This document shows positions 40,445 to 49,059 of a stretch of 64,000 bases of DNA, one piece after another. The translations under genes were made by a program, and so were the position numbers. This DNA comes from an uncultured Prevotellaceae bacterium (GTDB lineage Bacteria; Bacteroidota; Bacteroidia; Bacteroidales; Bacteroidaceae), in contig CAMADY010000001.1 in assembly GCA_945831805.1 (NCBI GenBank), positions 5,529-69,528 of the forward strand, written 5' to 3'. The first letter of the stretch is position 1, and each line of letters starts with the position of its first letter. The notes beneath the pieces are model-generated. The model saw only the letters and a list, made by a program, of their open reading frames with translations, was not told the DNA's origin and did not search any database.

Positions 40445-40500
40445 TTGATTTTGACGGCGAGGAGATCGGCACCCTCGTCCACAACTAATTGATTTTGACG
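40409..40500 (+). repeat. Perfect 44-bp tandem duplication of the pyrH 3' end
   Basis: GACGGCGAGGAGATCGGCACCCTCGTCCACAACTAATTGATTTT at 40409 and 40453, followed by GACG. Confidence 0.95.
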
Positions 40501-40600
40501 CCGCAAAGGTACTGCTTTCTTCGCATACCGAATGCGCTACGATGCGCTATCCTCCTTTGTTAACATCGTTTAACAATAGGTATAAGACAATCGCTATCAC

Positions 40601-40680
40601 ATTACGTTGTAAAAGCTATCTGATTACACTGTAAAAGCATAGAGATTACACTGTAATCAGATAGCTTTTACAGTGTAATT
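40601..40680. repeat. 22-bp-periodic palindromic (REP-like) element, copy 2
   Basis: Perfect 21-bp inverted repeat TGTAAAAGCTATCTGATTACA (40608-40628 / 40652-40672); TGTAA recurs every 22 bp. Confidence 0.8.
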
Positions 40681-41332
40681 GGATACATATTGCAACGCTC
40701 TAATCTATAGCGTGTTACAAACTTAAAATTACCTTGTTTCTGGTTGTTTTGTCGCTTTGGGAGTCTTAAAGAATTAACGTCTGTTCACAATGTTATGCAA
40801 ACAAATGTTAATTTTTTTAGAGGGATGGCCGTTTAGGAAAATTATACAAGGGAATCAGGCACCTTTGCGTAAATTTGGGCGGATACGGAGCACTTGACTG
40901 AACGAAACGTTCGGCCAGCGTGTTCTTCTGTTGTCGAACATTTTTTTTACATTTTTTTGTATTGGGGATAATTTGTTATATACTTAAAAATCAAAGAAAT
41001 ATCTATCTTAAATACATTTTTTACATTTTTTATCTAAAACTTTTTTTCCTACGCACGCGTATAAGAAGAGATTTGTATTTTTTGTAAAATAATGTAGATG
41101 TAAATTGTAACCTGCTGAAACCTTGTATGTTGCAAAGAAACACATGCTGCAAAAAAATGTAGAAAAAAATGTATTTGCTCTACCTGAATCCAGTTGGTTT
41201 GTCCAGAATTGCGGATGTCCTTTAATCTAAGAGTCTTCTGTACGAAAATGTTGCACATATATGCGTTATGTGTGCATTGTGCGGGCGAATATCATATATT
41301 TTACGTGAAAAGTGTTAAGTATGTTGAATTTG

Positions 41333-41364
41333 TTTGGTGGAATGGATTTTTTTTTGTAACTTTG
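41333..41364 (+). promoter_or_regulatory. Primary-sigma promoter upstream of the acyl-CoA ligase module
   Basis: TTTG (41333-41336), 20 nt spacer, TAACTTTG (41357-41364). Confidence 0.75.
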
Positions 41365-41391
41365 CATTGTTATAACATTATATATCGATAA

Positions 41392-43080
41392 ATGTCAATC
41401 TTTGAGAAATATCTAAAGAAGCACGACTTCAGCAGCTATGAGGAGTTCATGGACGGATTCCGCATAGATGTTCCGGTGCACTTCAACTTCGGCTACGACG
41501 TCATCGACAAGTATGCCGAGATGGAGCCGGATAAGGATGCCATAATATGGACTGACGGCCACGACGTTACGTACAACGTGACATACGGCGAATACAAGGA
41601 GAAGTCCGACAGGATAGCAAGTTTCCTTCAGCAGCTGGGCGTCAGGAAGGGCGACAGGGTGCTGCTGATACTCCGCAGAAGGATAGAATGGTGGTACACG
41701 ATGGTAGCGCTCCACAAGATCGGCGCTGTGGCGATACCTGCCAACCACCAGCTTTCGGACAAGGATATAGCATACCGCTGCCAGTCGGCCGGCGTGAAGG
41801 TTGTCATCTGCTGCGACACGACTTACGTCATGGAGAACGTTCAGAAGGCAAGCTACTTCTGCCGCGACATAGAGCACTGCGTGTATGTCAACGACGGCAA
41901 CAGCAGCATGGCGATTTCCGATATGTGGATAGACTTCTGGACAGCCGTCAACGAGGCGCCGGAGTTTACTCCGATAAAGAAGGTCAACAAGTCGAGCGAC
42001 AATATGCTCATCTACTTCACCAGCGGCACTACGAGCCAGCCAAAGATGGTGGTCCACGACTACGCATACCCTCTGGCGCATATCCTCACCGCGAGGTTCT
42101 GGCAGCAGCTCGACGGGCAGTCGCGCCTGCTTACGGTGACGGACAGCTCATGGGTGATGGCAGTGTGGGGAATGCTCTACGGACAGCTCCTCGTCGGCGC
42201 TACGGTCGTCGTCTATGACTTCAAGGGAAAGTTCGACGCTCACAACCTCCTCTCCGTGATGGAGAGCTGCAAGGTGACCTCATTCTTCTCTCCTCCAACG
42301 GTTTATCGCTTCATGCTCAACGAAGACCTGAAGAAGTTTGACCTCTCCTCGCTGCAGCACTGCGTAGTGGCTGGCGAACTGGCGCACCGCCATGTCTATG
42401 ACGACTGGAAGAGGCTGACGGGCATCGAGATGAAGGAGTGCTACGGACAGACGGAGGTGGGTCTCGTGACGGGATTCTTCCCATGGGTGGAGAGCCGCAC
42501 GGGCAGCATCGGCAAGGCGAGTCCGCTATACACCATGGAGCTGCTCAACGAAGACCTGGAGCCATGTAAGGTTGGCGAGGTGGGCCATGTGGCAATCAAC
42601 ATCGACAGAGGTCGCCCTTTGGGGCTCTTCAAGGAGTACTTCCGCGACCACGATGCCATGAGCAAGAACAACCACGACGGCTACTACTTCACCGGCGACC
42701 TGGCCCGCAGGGACGAGGACGGATACTATTGGTTCGTATCGCGCGCCGACGATGTCATAAAGTCCTCCGGCTACCGCATCTCACCATCCGAGGTGGAGAC
42801 GGCGCTGATGCTCCATCCGGCAGTCCTGGAATGCGCCGTGACGGGTGTTCCTGACGATGTGAGGGGACAGCTCATCAAGGCTACGATAGTGCTGAAGAAA
42901 CTCTTCAAGCCTGAGGCTGGCGACAAGCTGGCGAAGCAGATACAGGAGTTCTGCAAGATGCAGACATCCCCATACAAATACCCTCGTGTGGTGGAGTTCG
43001 TTGATGAGTTGCCGCGCACCGTGACCGGTAAGATCCGCCGTGTCGCAATCCGCAAGAGTGACGAAAATGGTAGCAGGTAA
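41392..43080 (+). CDS. AMP-forming acyl-CoA synthetase (medium/short-chain ACS-like)
   Basis: YFTSGTTSQPK, YGQTE, TGDLA, RADDVIKSSGYRISPSEVE and LPRTVTGKIRR. Confidence 0.88.
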   Translation: MSIFEKYLKKHDFSSYEEFMDGFRIDVPVHFNFGYDVIDKYAEMEPDKDAIIWTDGHDVTYNVTYGEYKEKSDRIASFLQQLGVRKGDRVLLILRRRIEWWYTMVALHKIGAVAIPANHQLSDKDIAYRCQSAGVKVVICCDTTYVMENVQKASYFCRDIEHCVYVNDGNSSMAISDMWIDFWTAVNEAPEFTPIKKVNKSSDNMLIYFTSGTTSQPKMVVHDYAYPLAHILTARFWQQLDGQSRLLTVTDSSWVMAVWGMLYGQLLVGATVVVYDFKGKFDAHNLLSVMESCKVTSFFSPPTVYRFMLNEDLKKFDLSSLQHCVVAGELAHRHVYDDWKRLTGIEMKECYGQTEVGLVTGFFPWVESRTGSIGKASPLYTMELLNEDLEPCKVGEVGHVAINIDRGRPLGLFKEYFRDHDAMSKNNHDGYYFTGDLARRDEDGYYWFVSRADDVIKSSGYRISPSEVETALMLHPAVLECAVTGVPDDVRGQLIKATIVLKKLFKPEAGDKLAKQIQEFCKMQTSPYKYPRVVEFVDELPRTVTGKIRRVAIRKSDENGSR

Positions 43081-43101
43081 ACAACAACATCTTTTTCTTA
43101 C

Positions 43102-43521
43102 ATGACAAAGACACTTCATTTAGAGAATGACATAGCCCAGGTGCCGCTGCTGGCCGAGTGGGTGGAGATGCTCGGCGAGGAGCTGATGCTTCCTATGCCG
43201 GCGGTCTTCCAGCTTAACCTTGCGCTGGAGGAGGCTGTAGTCAACGTGATGAACTACGCCTATCCTGACGAGAGCGGCATGCCGGTAGAGCTGGAGGCAA
43301 AGACTGACGAGTCGTCAGACACCATCTGCTTCGTACTCTCTGATGAGGGCATCGCCTTTGACCCTACACAGCAGGACGATCCCGATATAACGCTCTCTGC
43401 AGAGGAGCGTAACATCGGCGGACTCGGCATCTTCCTCGTACAGCAGATGATGCAGTCGGTGGCCTACGAGCGTAGCGGCGGCAAGAACATTCTCACGATG
43501 ATCTACAAGGTGGAGAGGTAG
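43102..43521 (+). CDS. RsbW/SpoIIAB-like serine kinase (HATPase_c)
   Basis: LALEEAVVN (N box), DEGIAFDP (G1) and GGLGIFLV (G2). Confidence 0.9.
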   Translation: MTKTLHLENDIAQVPLLAEWVEMLGEELMLPMPAVFQLNLALEEAVVNVMNYAYPDESGMPVELEAKTDESSDTICFVLSDEGIAFDPTQQDDPDITLSAEERNIGGLGIFLVQQMMQSVAYERSGGKNILTMIYKVER

Positions 43522-43545
43522 GTTCGCACTCCTTATTGATATTTA

Positions 43546-43630
43546 AGCGAGATGATGTTTCTATAATAAAGCGAGATGATGTTTCTATAATATAGCGAGA
43601 TAGATTTTTATAATATAGCAAGATAAATTC
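43546..43630 (+). repeat. 24-bp tandem repeat (two near-perfect and two degenerate copies)
   Basis: AGCGAGATGATGTTTCTATAATA at 43546 and 43570; degenerate copies at 43594 and 43617. Confidence 0.85.
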
Positions 43631-43650
43631 AAAACAAAAAAATTACGGTT

Positions 43651-43953
43651 ATGACACTCGAAATTTCACAGAATGGCAATCAGATGATTGTCAAGCTCAT
43701 CGGGCGACTCGATACAGCAGCGTCAATGCAGTTCTCTGCAGACATGGAGCCACTGGTAGATAACGCAGACAAGCAGATTCTTCTCGACTGCTCGGAGCTG
43801 CAGTTCATCTCCTCTTCAGGTCTCCGTCTGTTCCTCTCCCTCCGCAAGGCAACGATCGCCAAGGGTGGCAACATCACCATCAAGGGCGTATCGCCAGAGA
43901 TAAAGCAGGTGTTTACCATCACAGGCTTCTACTCACTCTTCAGCTTCGAGTAA
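43651..43953 (+). CDS. STAS-domain anti-sigma antagonist (RsbV/SpoIIAA-like)
   Basis: GRLDTAAS, QFISSSGLR (phospho-serine motif) and VFTITGF. Confidence 0.9.
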   Translation: MTLEISQNGNQMIVKLIGRLDTAASMQFSADMEPLVDNADKQILLDCSELQFISSSGLRLFLSLRKATIAKGGNITIKGVSPEIKQVFTITGFYSLFSFE

Positions 43954-44009
43954 ATACGTTTCCTGTTGTTCGTTGACTGGCTTACGACCAACCAAACCAA
44001 TAAGATGAT

Positions 44010-44852
44010 ATGAGTTTTGTAAAGACTGAATTCACCGCAGAGGAGAAAATGCACGTCGCGGAGGTACTCCAGCAGTTAGAGGAACTGCGTAGCTATGCGA
44101 AGCGTTTCGATGCAGGCGAGAGCCTTAACAACGACGAGTTGCAAGTCTTCGTGGGTCATATCCTTGAGGACGTAGTGCCTAAGTCGGAGCGTCTCGGCAT
44201 GCACCATGAGCAGAATGAGCTTCAGGACACCTGCGTACGCATTGCCTATCCAGATGACTACCAGAAGCTCAAGCGCCTGCTCCAGGACTCTGAGGCGACG
44301 TGCGAGATGGTTTTCAAGACCTTCTCGCTGCCTATCAGGGCAATGCTCGACGACCTCGGCATAGAGTACGACTTCCAGTACCGCATGAAGTCCATCTACA
44401 GCATCTGGCGCAAGATGCGCATCGACCACAAGGAGTTCGACGACGTCTTCGACCTCTTCGCCACGCGTATAGTATATAAGGTGCCGGGGCAGACGCTTAC
44501 CGCCGAGGGCCACGCCAGGCTCTCGTGGGATGTGCAGCATGCTCCTGCTGTCGAAGGACTGCGTCCGGAGGCTGACATACAGGCACTGCTCGACAGGGGT
44601 GTTGACATGGAGAAGCTCTACTGCTGGCGTATCTACAACGTCATCGCGATGCTCTACCGCATACACCCCGACCGCATAAAGGACTGGGTGAGCCATCCGA
44701 AGCCTTCGGGCTACAGGGCACTGCAGATGACCGTCATGGGACCTGACTGCAACTGGATAGAGATACAGCTTCGCTCGGAGCGTATGGACTACGAGGCGGA
44801 GCATGGCTCTGCCGCACACTGGCTATACAAGGGCGAGAAGGCGGTGAGGTAG
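44010..44852 (+). CDS. Synthetase-only RelA/SpoT domain protein (small alarmone synthetase-like)
   Basis: RMKSIYSIWRK, DLFATR, PKPSGYRALQ, WIEIQLRS and AAHWLYK; no HD, TGS or ACT domains. Confidence 0.85.
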   Translation: MSFVKTEFTAEEKMHVAEVLQQLEELRSYAKRFDAGESLNNDELQVFVGHILEDVVPKSERLGMHHEQNELQDTCVRIAYPDDYQKLKRLLQDSEATCEMVFKTFSLPIRAMLDDLGIEYDFQYRMKSIYSIWRKMRIDHKEFDDVFDLFATRIVYKVPGQTLTAEGHARLSWDVQHAPAVEGLRPEADIQALLDRGVDMEKLYCWRIYNVIAMLYRIHPDRIKDWVSHPKPSGYRALQMTVMGPDCNWIEIQLRSERMDYEAEHGSAAHWLYKGEKAVR

Positions 44853-44857
44853 ATGTT

Positions 44858-44906
44858 AATTCATAATTCATAATTCATAATTCATAATGCATAATGCATA
44901 GTTCAA
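44858..44906 (+). repeat. Heptamer tandem array AAT(G/T)CAT x6 plus agttcaa
   Basis: aattcat x4, aatgcat x2, agttcaa; begins 5 nt after the stop at 44852. Confidence 0.95.
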
Positions 44907-44952
44907 TGACGCAAATATAATTTCACAATTAATACATACAACAAAATTTATT

Positions 44953-46809
44953 ATGCAAGACACTAAAGAGAAACTTTTTTCAGAGTTTCAGGCACCAACC
45001 ACTCAGGAATGGCTTGACAAGATTCAGGTTGACCTGAAGGGTGCTGATTTTGAGAAGCGTCTCGTATGGCGTACGCCTGAAGGCTTCAACGTACAGCCAT
45101 TCTACCGCAAGGAAGACGTAGAGAAGCTTCAGACACCTGACGCAATGCCAGGTGAGTTCCCATTCGTTCGTGGCAATGAGAAGAACGACAACACATGGTT
45201 CGTTCGTCAGGAGATCGACGCTGCCGATGCCGCCGAGGCAAACGCCAAGGCTCTCGACATCTTGAACAAGGGTATCGACTCCCTCTCATTCAATATCCCT
45301 GGCAAGGCTGTCAGCGCAGAGTTCGTCGAGAAACTCCTTGAGGGCATCCTCTGCGACTGCGTTGAGGTTAACTTCTCAACCTGCAAGCGCCACTCCCTTG
45401 AGCTCGCACAGATTCTTACTGCATACTTCGAGACGAAGGGCTACGACAAGGAGCGCATCGTTGGTTCCATCGACTGGGACCCAATGGAGAAGATCGTGAT
45501 GAAGGGTAAGGACGTAGAGCCTCTCCTCCAGATTGCTCCACAGCTCGTCGAGGCTCTCAAGGACTATCCTAACTTCCGCTGCATCGCTGTCAATGCCGTT
45601 TCGCTCAACAACTCCGGCGCTTACATCACTCAGGAGCTCGGCTACGCCCTCGCTTGGGGTAACGAGTACCTCCAGCAGCTCGTTGACGCTGGCGTTGACG
45701 CTACGCTCGCAGCAAAGAATATCAAGTTCAACATGGGTATCTCCGAGAACTACTTCATGGAGATTGCTAAGTTCCGTGCAGCACGTATGCTCTGGGCTCA
45801 GATCGTAAAGCAGTACGAGCCAAAGTGCGACTGCGCTTGCAAGATGTGCGTCAATGCCGTTACATCTACCTACAACATGACTCTCTTCGATGCTCACGTG
45901 AACCTACTCCGTTCGCAGACAGAGTCAATGTCGGCTGCCATCGGTGGCGTACACTCCATCGTCGTTACTCCATTCGATGCTGCCTACGAGACACCTAACG
46001 ATTTCTCTGAGCGCATAGCACGCAACCAGCAGCTCCTCCTCAAGGAAGAGTGCCACTTCGGTATCGTTGCTGACCCATCAGCAGGTTCCTACTATGTAGA
46101 GCAGCTCACCACCGCTATTGCCGAGCAGGCATGGAAGCTCTTCCTCAAGGTAGAGGAGGAGGGTGGTTTCCTCGCTGCCATCAAGGCCGGCACCGTACAG
46201 GACGACATCAACGCTACCAACACCAAGCGTCACACTCTCGCTGCACAGCGTCGTGAGTTCATCCTCGGTACAAACCAGTTCCCTAATTTCACAGAGAAGG
46301 CAGAGGGCAAGCAGCCTCTCGCTCAGTGCTGCGGCTGCGCAAGCAACGACGAGACAGCATACAAGGCTGTCAGCGCTACACGTCTTGCTGCCGACTTCGA
46401 GAACCTCCGCCTCGCTACGGAGAAGGCAGAGAAGCAGCCAGTAGCCTTCATGCTCACCATCGGTAACCTCGTATGGCGCCAGGCTCGTGCACAGTTCTCT
46501 TGCAACTTCCTCGCTTCTGCCGGCTACAAGGTTATCGACAACCTCGGATTCCCAACAATCGAGGAAGGTGTTGCTGCCGCTAAGGCTGCCGGTGCAGACA
46601 TCATCGTGCTCTGCTCTTCTGACGATGAGTACGCTGAGTATGCTATCCCTGCATTCCAGCAGGTCGGCTCGGATGCCATCTTCATCGTTGCCGGTGCTCC
46701 AGCATGCTCGGAGGATCTCAAGGCAGCAGGCATCGAGAACTTCATCAACGTGAAGTCTAACCAACTTGAAACCCTCAAGATGTTTAACGAAAAGTTAGGA
46801 ATAAAGTAG
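44953..46809 (+). CDS. mutA: Methylmalonyl-CoA mutase small (beta) subunit
   Basis: [31 protein letters not shown] and LCSSDDEY; lacks DxHxxG. Confidence 0.93.
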   Translation: MQDTKEKLFSEFQAPTTQEWLDKIQVDLKGADFEKRLVWRTPEGFNVQPFYRKEDVEKLQTPDAMPGEFPFVRGNEKNDNTWFVRQEIDAADAAEANAKALDILNKGIDSLSFNIPGKAVSAEFVEKLLEGILCDCVEVNFSTCKRHSLELAQILTAYFETKGYDKERIVGSIDWDPMEKIVMKGKDVEPLLQIAPQLVEALKDYPNFRCIAVNAVSLNNSGAYITQELGYALAWGNEYLQQLVDAGVDATLAAKNIKFNMGISENYFMEIAKFRAARMLWAQIVKQYEPKCDCACKMCVNAVTSTYNMTLFDAHVNLLRSQTESMSAAIGGVHSIVVTPFDAAYETPNDFSERIARNQQLLLKEECHFGIVADPSAGSYYVEQLTTAIAEQAWKLFLKVEEEGGFLAAIKAGTVQDDINATNTKRHTLAAQRREFILGTNQFPNFTEKAEGKQPLAQCCGCASNDETAYKAVSATRLAADFENLRLATEKAEKQPVAFMLTIGNLVWRQARAQFSCNFLASAGYKVIDNLGFPTIEEGVAAAKAAGADIIVLCSSDDEYAEYAIPAFQQVGSDAIFIVAGAPACSEDLKAAGIENFINVKSNQLETLKMFNEKLGIK

Positions 46810-46813
46810 TACT

Positions 46814-48985
46814 ATGGCTAGAAAAGATTTTAAAAATGTCAATGTCTTCTCTGGCATAGAGAAGAAAGACGGTTCTGCTTGGCAGAAAGAAAACGATATA
46901 CAGTTTGTATGGAAGACCCCTGAGCAGATTCAGGTTAAGTCAGCATACACCAAGGAAGACCTTGAGGGAATGGAGCATCTCGACTTCACTGCCGGCATCC
47001 CACCATTCCTCCGTGGCCCTTACTCTATGATGTACCCATTCCGCCCTTGGACCATCCGTCAGTATGCCGGATTCTCTACTGCGGAAGAGTCTAACGCCTT
47101 CTATCGCCGTAACCTCGCTTCTGGTCAGAAGGGACTTTCCGTTGCCTTCGACCTTCCAACACACCGTGGCTACGATCCTGACAACCTCCGTGTTGTAGGT
47201 GATGTAGGTAAGGCTGGTGTGTCTATCTGTTCCGTAGAGAACATGAAGGTGCTCTTCGACGGTATTCCTCTCAACAAGATGTCCGTGTCAATGACAATGA
47301 ACGGTGGCGTGCTTCCTATCATGGCATTCTACATCGTTGCAGGTCTTGAGCAGGGCGCTAAGCTTGAGGAGATGGCAGGTACCATCCAGAACGATATCCT
47401 CAAGGAGTTCATGGTGCGTAACACATACATCTACCCACCATCATTCTCTATGAAGATCATCGCTGATATCTTCGAGTTCACATCACAGAAGATGCCTAAG
47501 TTCAACAGCATCTCTATCTCCGGCTACCACATGCAGGAGGCTGGTGCTACAGCAGACATCGAGCTCGCTTACACCCTCGCTGACGGTATGGACTATCTCC
47601 GCGCTGGTATCAACGCAGGTATCGACATCGACGCTTTCGCTCCACGTCTCTCATTCTTCTGGGCTATCGGCATGAACCACTTCATGGAGATTGCAAAGAT
47701 GCGTGCCGGACGTCTGCTCTGGGCTAAGATCGTCAAGAGCTTCGGTGCTAAGAACCCTAAGTCAATGGCTCTCCGTACACACTCTCAGACATCTGGCTGG
47801 TCACTCACTGAGCAGGACCCATTCAACAACGTCGGACGTACTGCCATCGAGGCTATGGCTGCCGTGCTCGGTCACACTCAGTCGCTCCATACCAACTCAC
47901 TCGACGAGGCTATCGCACTGCCAACAGACTTCTCGGCTCGTATCGCTCGTAACACTCAGATCTATATCCAGAACGAGACGAAGGTATGTAAGGAGATCGA
48001 CCCATGGGCAGGTTCTTACTATGTAGAGTACCTCACCAACGAGCTCGTTCACAAGGCATGGGCTCTCATACAGGAGATTGAGTCTCTCGGAGGTATGGCA
48101 AAGGCTATCGAGACAGGCGTTCCAAAAATGCGTATCGAGGAGGCTGCTGCTCGCACACAGGCTCGTATCGACTCTTGCCAGCAGACCATCGTTGGTACAA
48201 ACAAGTATCGTCTAGACCACGAGGATCCTATCGATATCCTTGAGGTTGACAACACTGCTGTACGCAAGCAGCAGGAAGAGGCTCTCAAGGAGCTCAAGGC
48301 TAACCGTGACGAGGCAGCATGCCAGAAGGCTCTTGAGGCTATCACAGCATGCGTACAGGACTTCGCCGACGGCAAGAAGTCTGAGAACAACCTCCTCGCT
48401 CTCGCTGTTGAGGCTGCCAAGGTACGTTGTACCCTCGGTGAGATCTCTGACGCTTGTGAGAAGGTAGTAGGACGTTATAAGGCAGTAATCAGAACAATTT
48501 CAGGCGTGTATAGTGCAGAAGCAAAGAACGACGAGCTCTTCGCTGAGGCTTGTCGATTGACAGAGAAGTTTGCAGAACAGGAAGGACGCCGTCCACGTAT
48601 CTTTATCGCTAAGATGGGTCAGGACGGTCACGACCGTGGTGCAAAGGTAGTAGCAACAGGTTATGCCGATTGTGGTTACGACGTTGACATGGGACCTCTC
48701 TTCCAGACTCCTGAGGAGGCTGCTCGTGAGGCTGTGGAGAACGATGTACACATCGTAGGCGTGTCATCACTCGCTGCGGGTCATAAGACCCTCATCCCAG
48801 CTCTCTTCGAGGAACTCAAGAAGCTCGGTCGTGAGGACATCATGGTCATCGCTGGTGGTGTAATCCCTGCACAGGACTACGACTTCCTCTACAAGGCTGG
48901 CGTTGCTGCAATCTTCGGCCCTGGTACTCCTGTGGCATACTCGGCTTGTGAGATGATGAAGATTCTCATGGGTGAGGATGCGTAA
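46814..48985 (+). CDS. scpA: Methylmalonyl-CoA mutase large (B12-binding) subunit
   Basis: [25 protein letters not shown] and [10 protein letters not shown] (DxHxxG). Confidence 0.96.
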   Translation: MARKDFKNVNVFSGIEKKDGSAWQKENDIQFVWKTPEQIQVKSAYTKEDLEGMEHLDFTAGIPPFLRGPYSMMYPFRPWTIRQYAGFSTAEESNAFYRRNLASGQKGLSVAFDLPTHRGYDPDNLRVVGDVGKAGVSICSVENMKVLFDGIPLNKMSVSMTMNGGVLPIMAFYIVAGLEQGAKLEEMAGTIQNDILKEFMVRNTYIYPPSFSMKIIADIFEFTSQKMPKFNSISISGYHMQEAGATADIELAYTLADGMDYLRAGINAGIDIDAFAPRLSFFWAIGMNHFMEIAKMRAGRLLWAKIVKSFGAKNPKSMALRTHSQTSGWSLTEQDPFNNVGRTAIEAMAAVLGHTQSLHTNSLDEAIALPTDFSARIARNTQIYIQNETKVCKEIDPWAGSYYVEYLTNELVHKAWALIQEIESLGGMAKAIETGVPKMRIEEAAARTQARIDSCQQTIVGTNKYRLDHEDPIDILEVDNTAVRKQQEEALKELKANRDEAACQKALEAITACVQDFADGKKSENNLLALAVEAAKVRCTLGEISDACEKVVGRYKAVIRTISGVYSAEAKNDELFAEACRLTEKFAEQEGRRPRIFIAKMGQDGHDRGAKVVATGYADCGYDVDMGPLFQTPEEAAREAVENDVHIVGVSSLAAGHKTLIPALFEELKKLGREDIMVIAGGVIPAQDYDFLYKAGVAAIFGPGTPVAYSACEMMKILMGEDA

Positions 48986-48990
48986 ATCGT

Positions 48991-49036
48991 AACTACGAAA
49001 ACTCGAAATCTTGAATTGTTGAGATTTCGAGTAGTT
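48991..49036. terminator. Hairpin after the mutase genes
   Basis: ACTCGAAATCT...AGATTTCGAGT inverted repeat with outer AACTAC/GTAGTT; no clear U tract. Confidence 0.5.
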
Positions 49037-49059
49037 GAAAATTATTAAATCAGTAAGAT

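Noticed and set aside
40901-40915. AAACGTTCGG resembling a Bacteroides invertible-promoter repeat
   Set aside because: Single imperfect copy, with no partner repeat or recombinase nearby.
7668-41318. TGTTAA motifs upstream of several promoters
   Set aside because: Spacing to the -33 box is inconsistent and the motif is short in AT-rich DNA.
41049-41391. Two short ORFs (69 aa and 65 aa) in the AT-rich gap
   Set aside because: Low-complexity composition; one overlaps the predicted promoter; no motifs.
13293-44906. Heptamer, 24-bp and 22-bp arrays as CRISPR
   Set aside because: Units are contiguous with no unique spacers, and no cas genes are present.
40445-44906. Calling the signalling module a mobile element
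   Set aside because: No integrase, transposase or matching distal att copy; only circumstantial scars.
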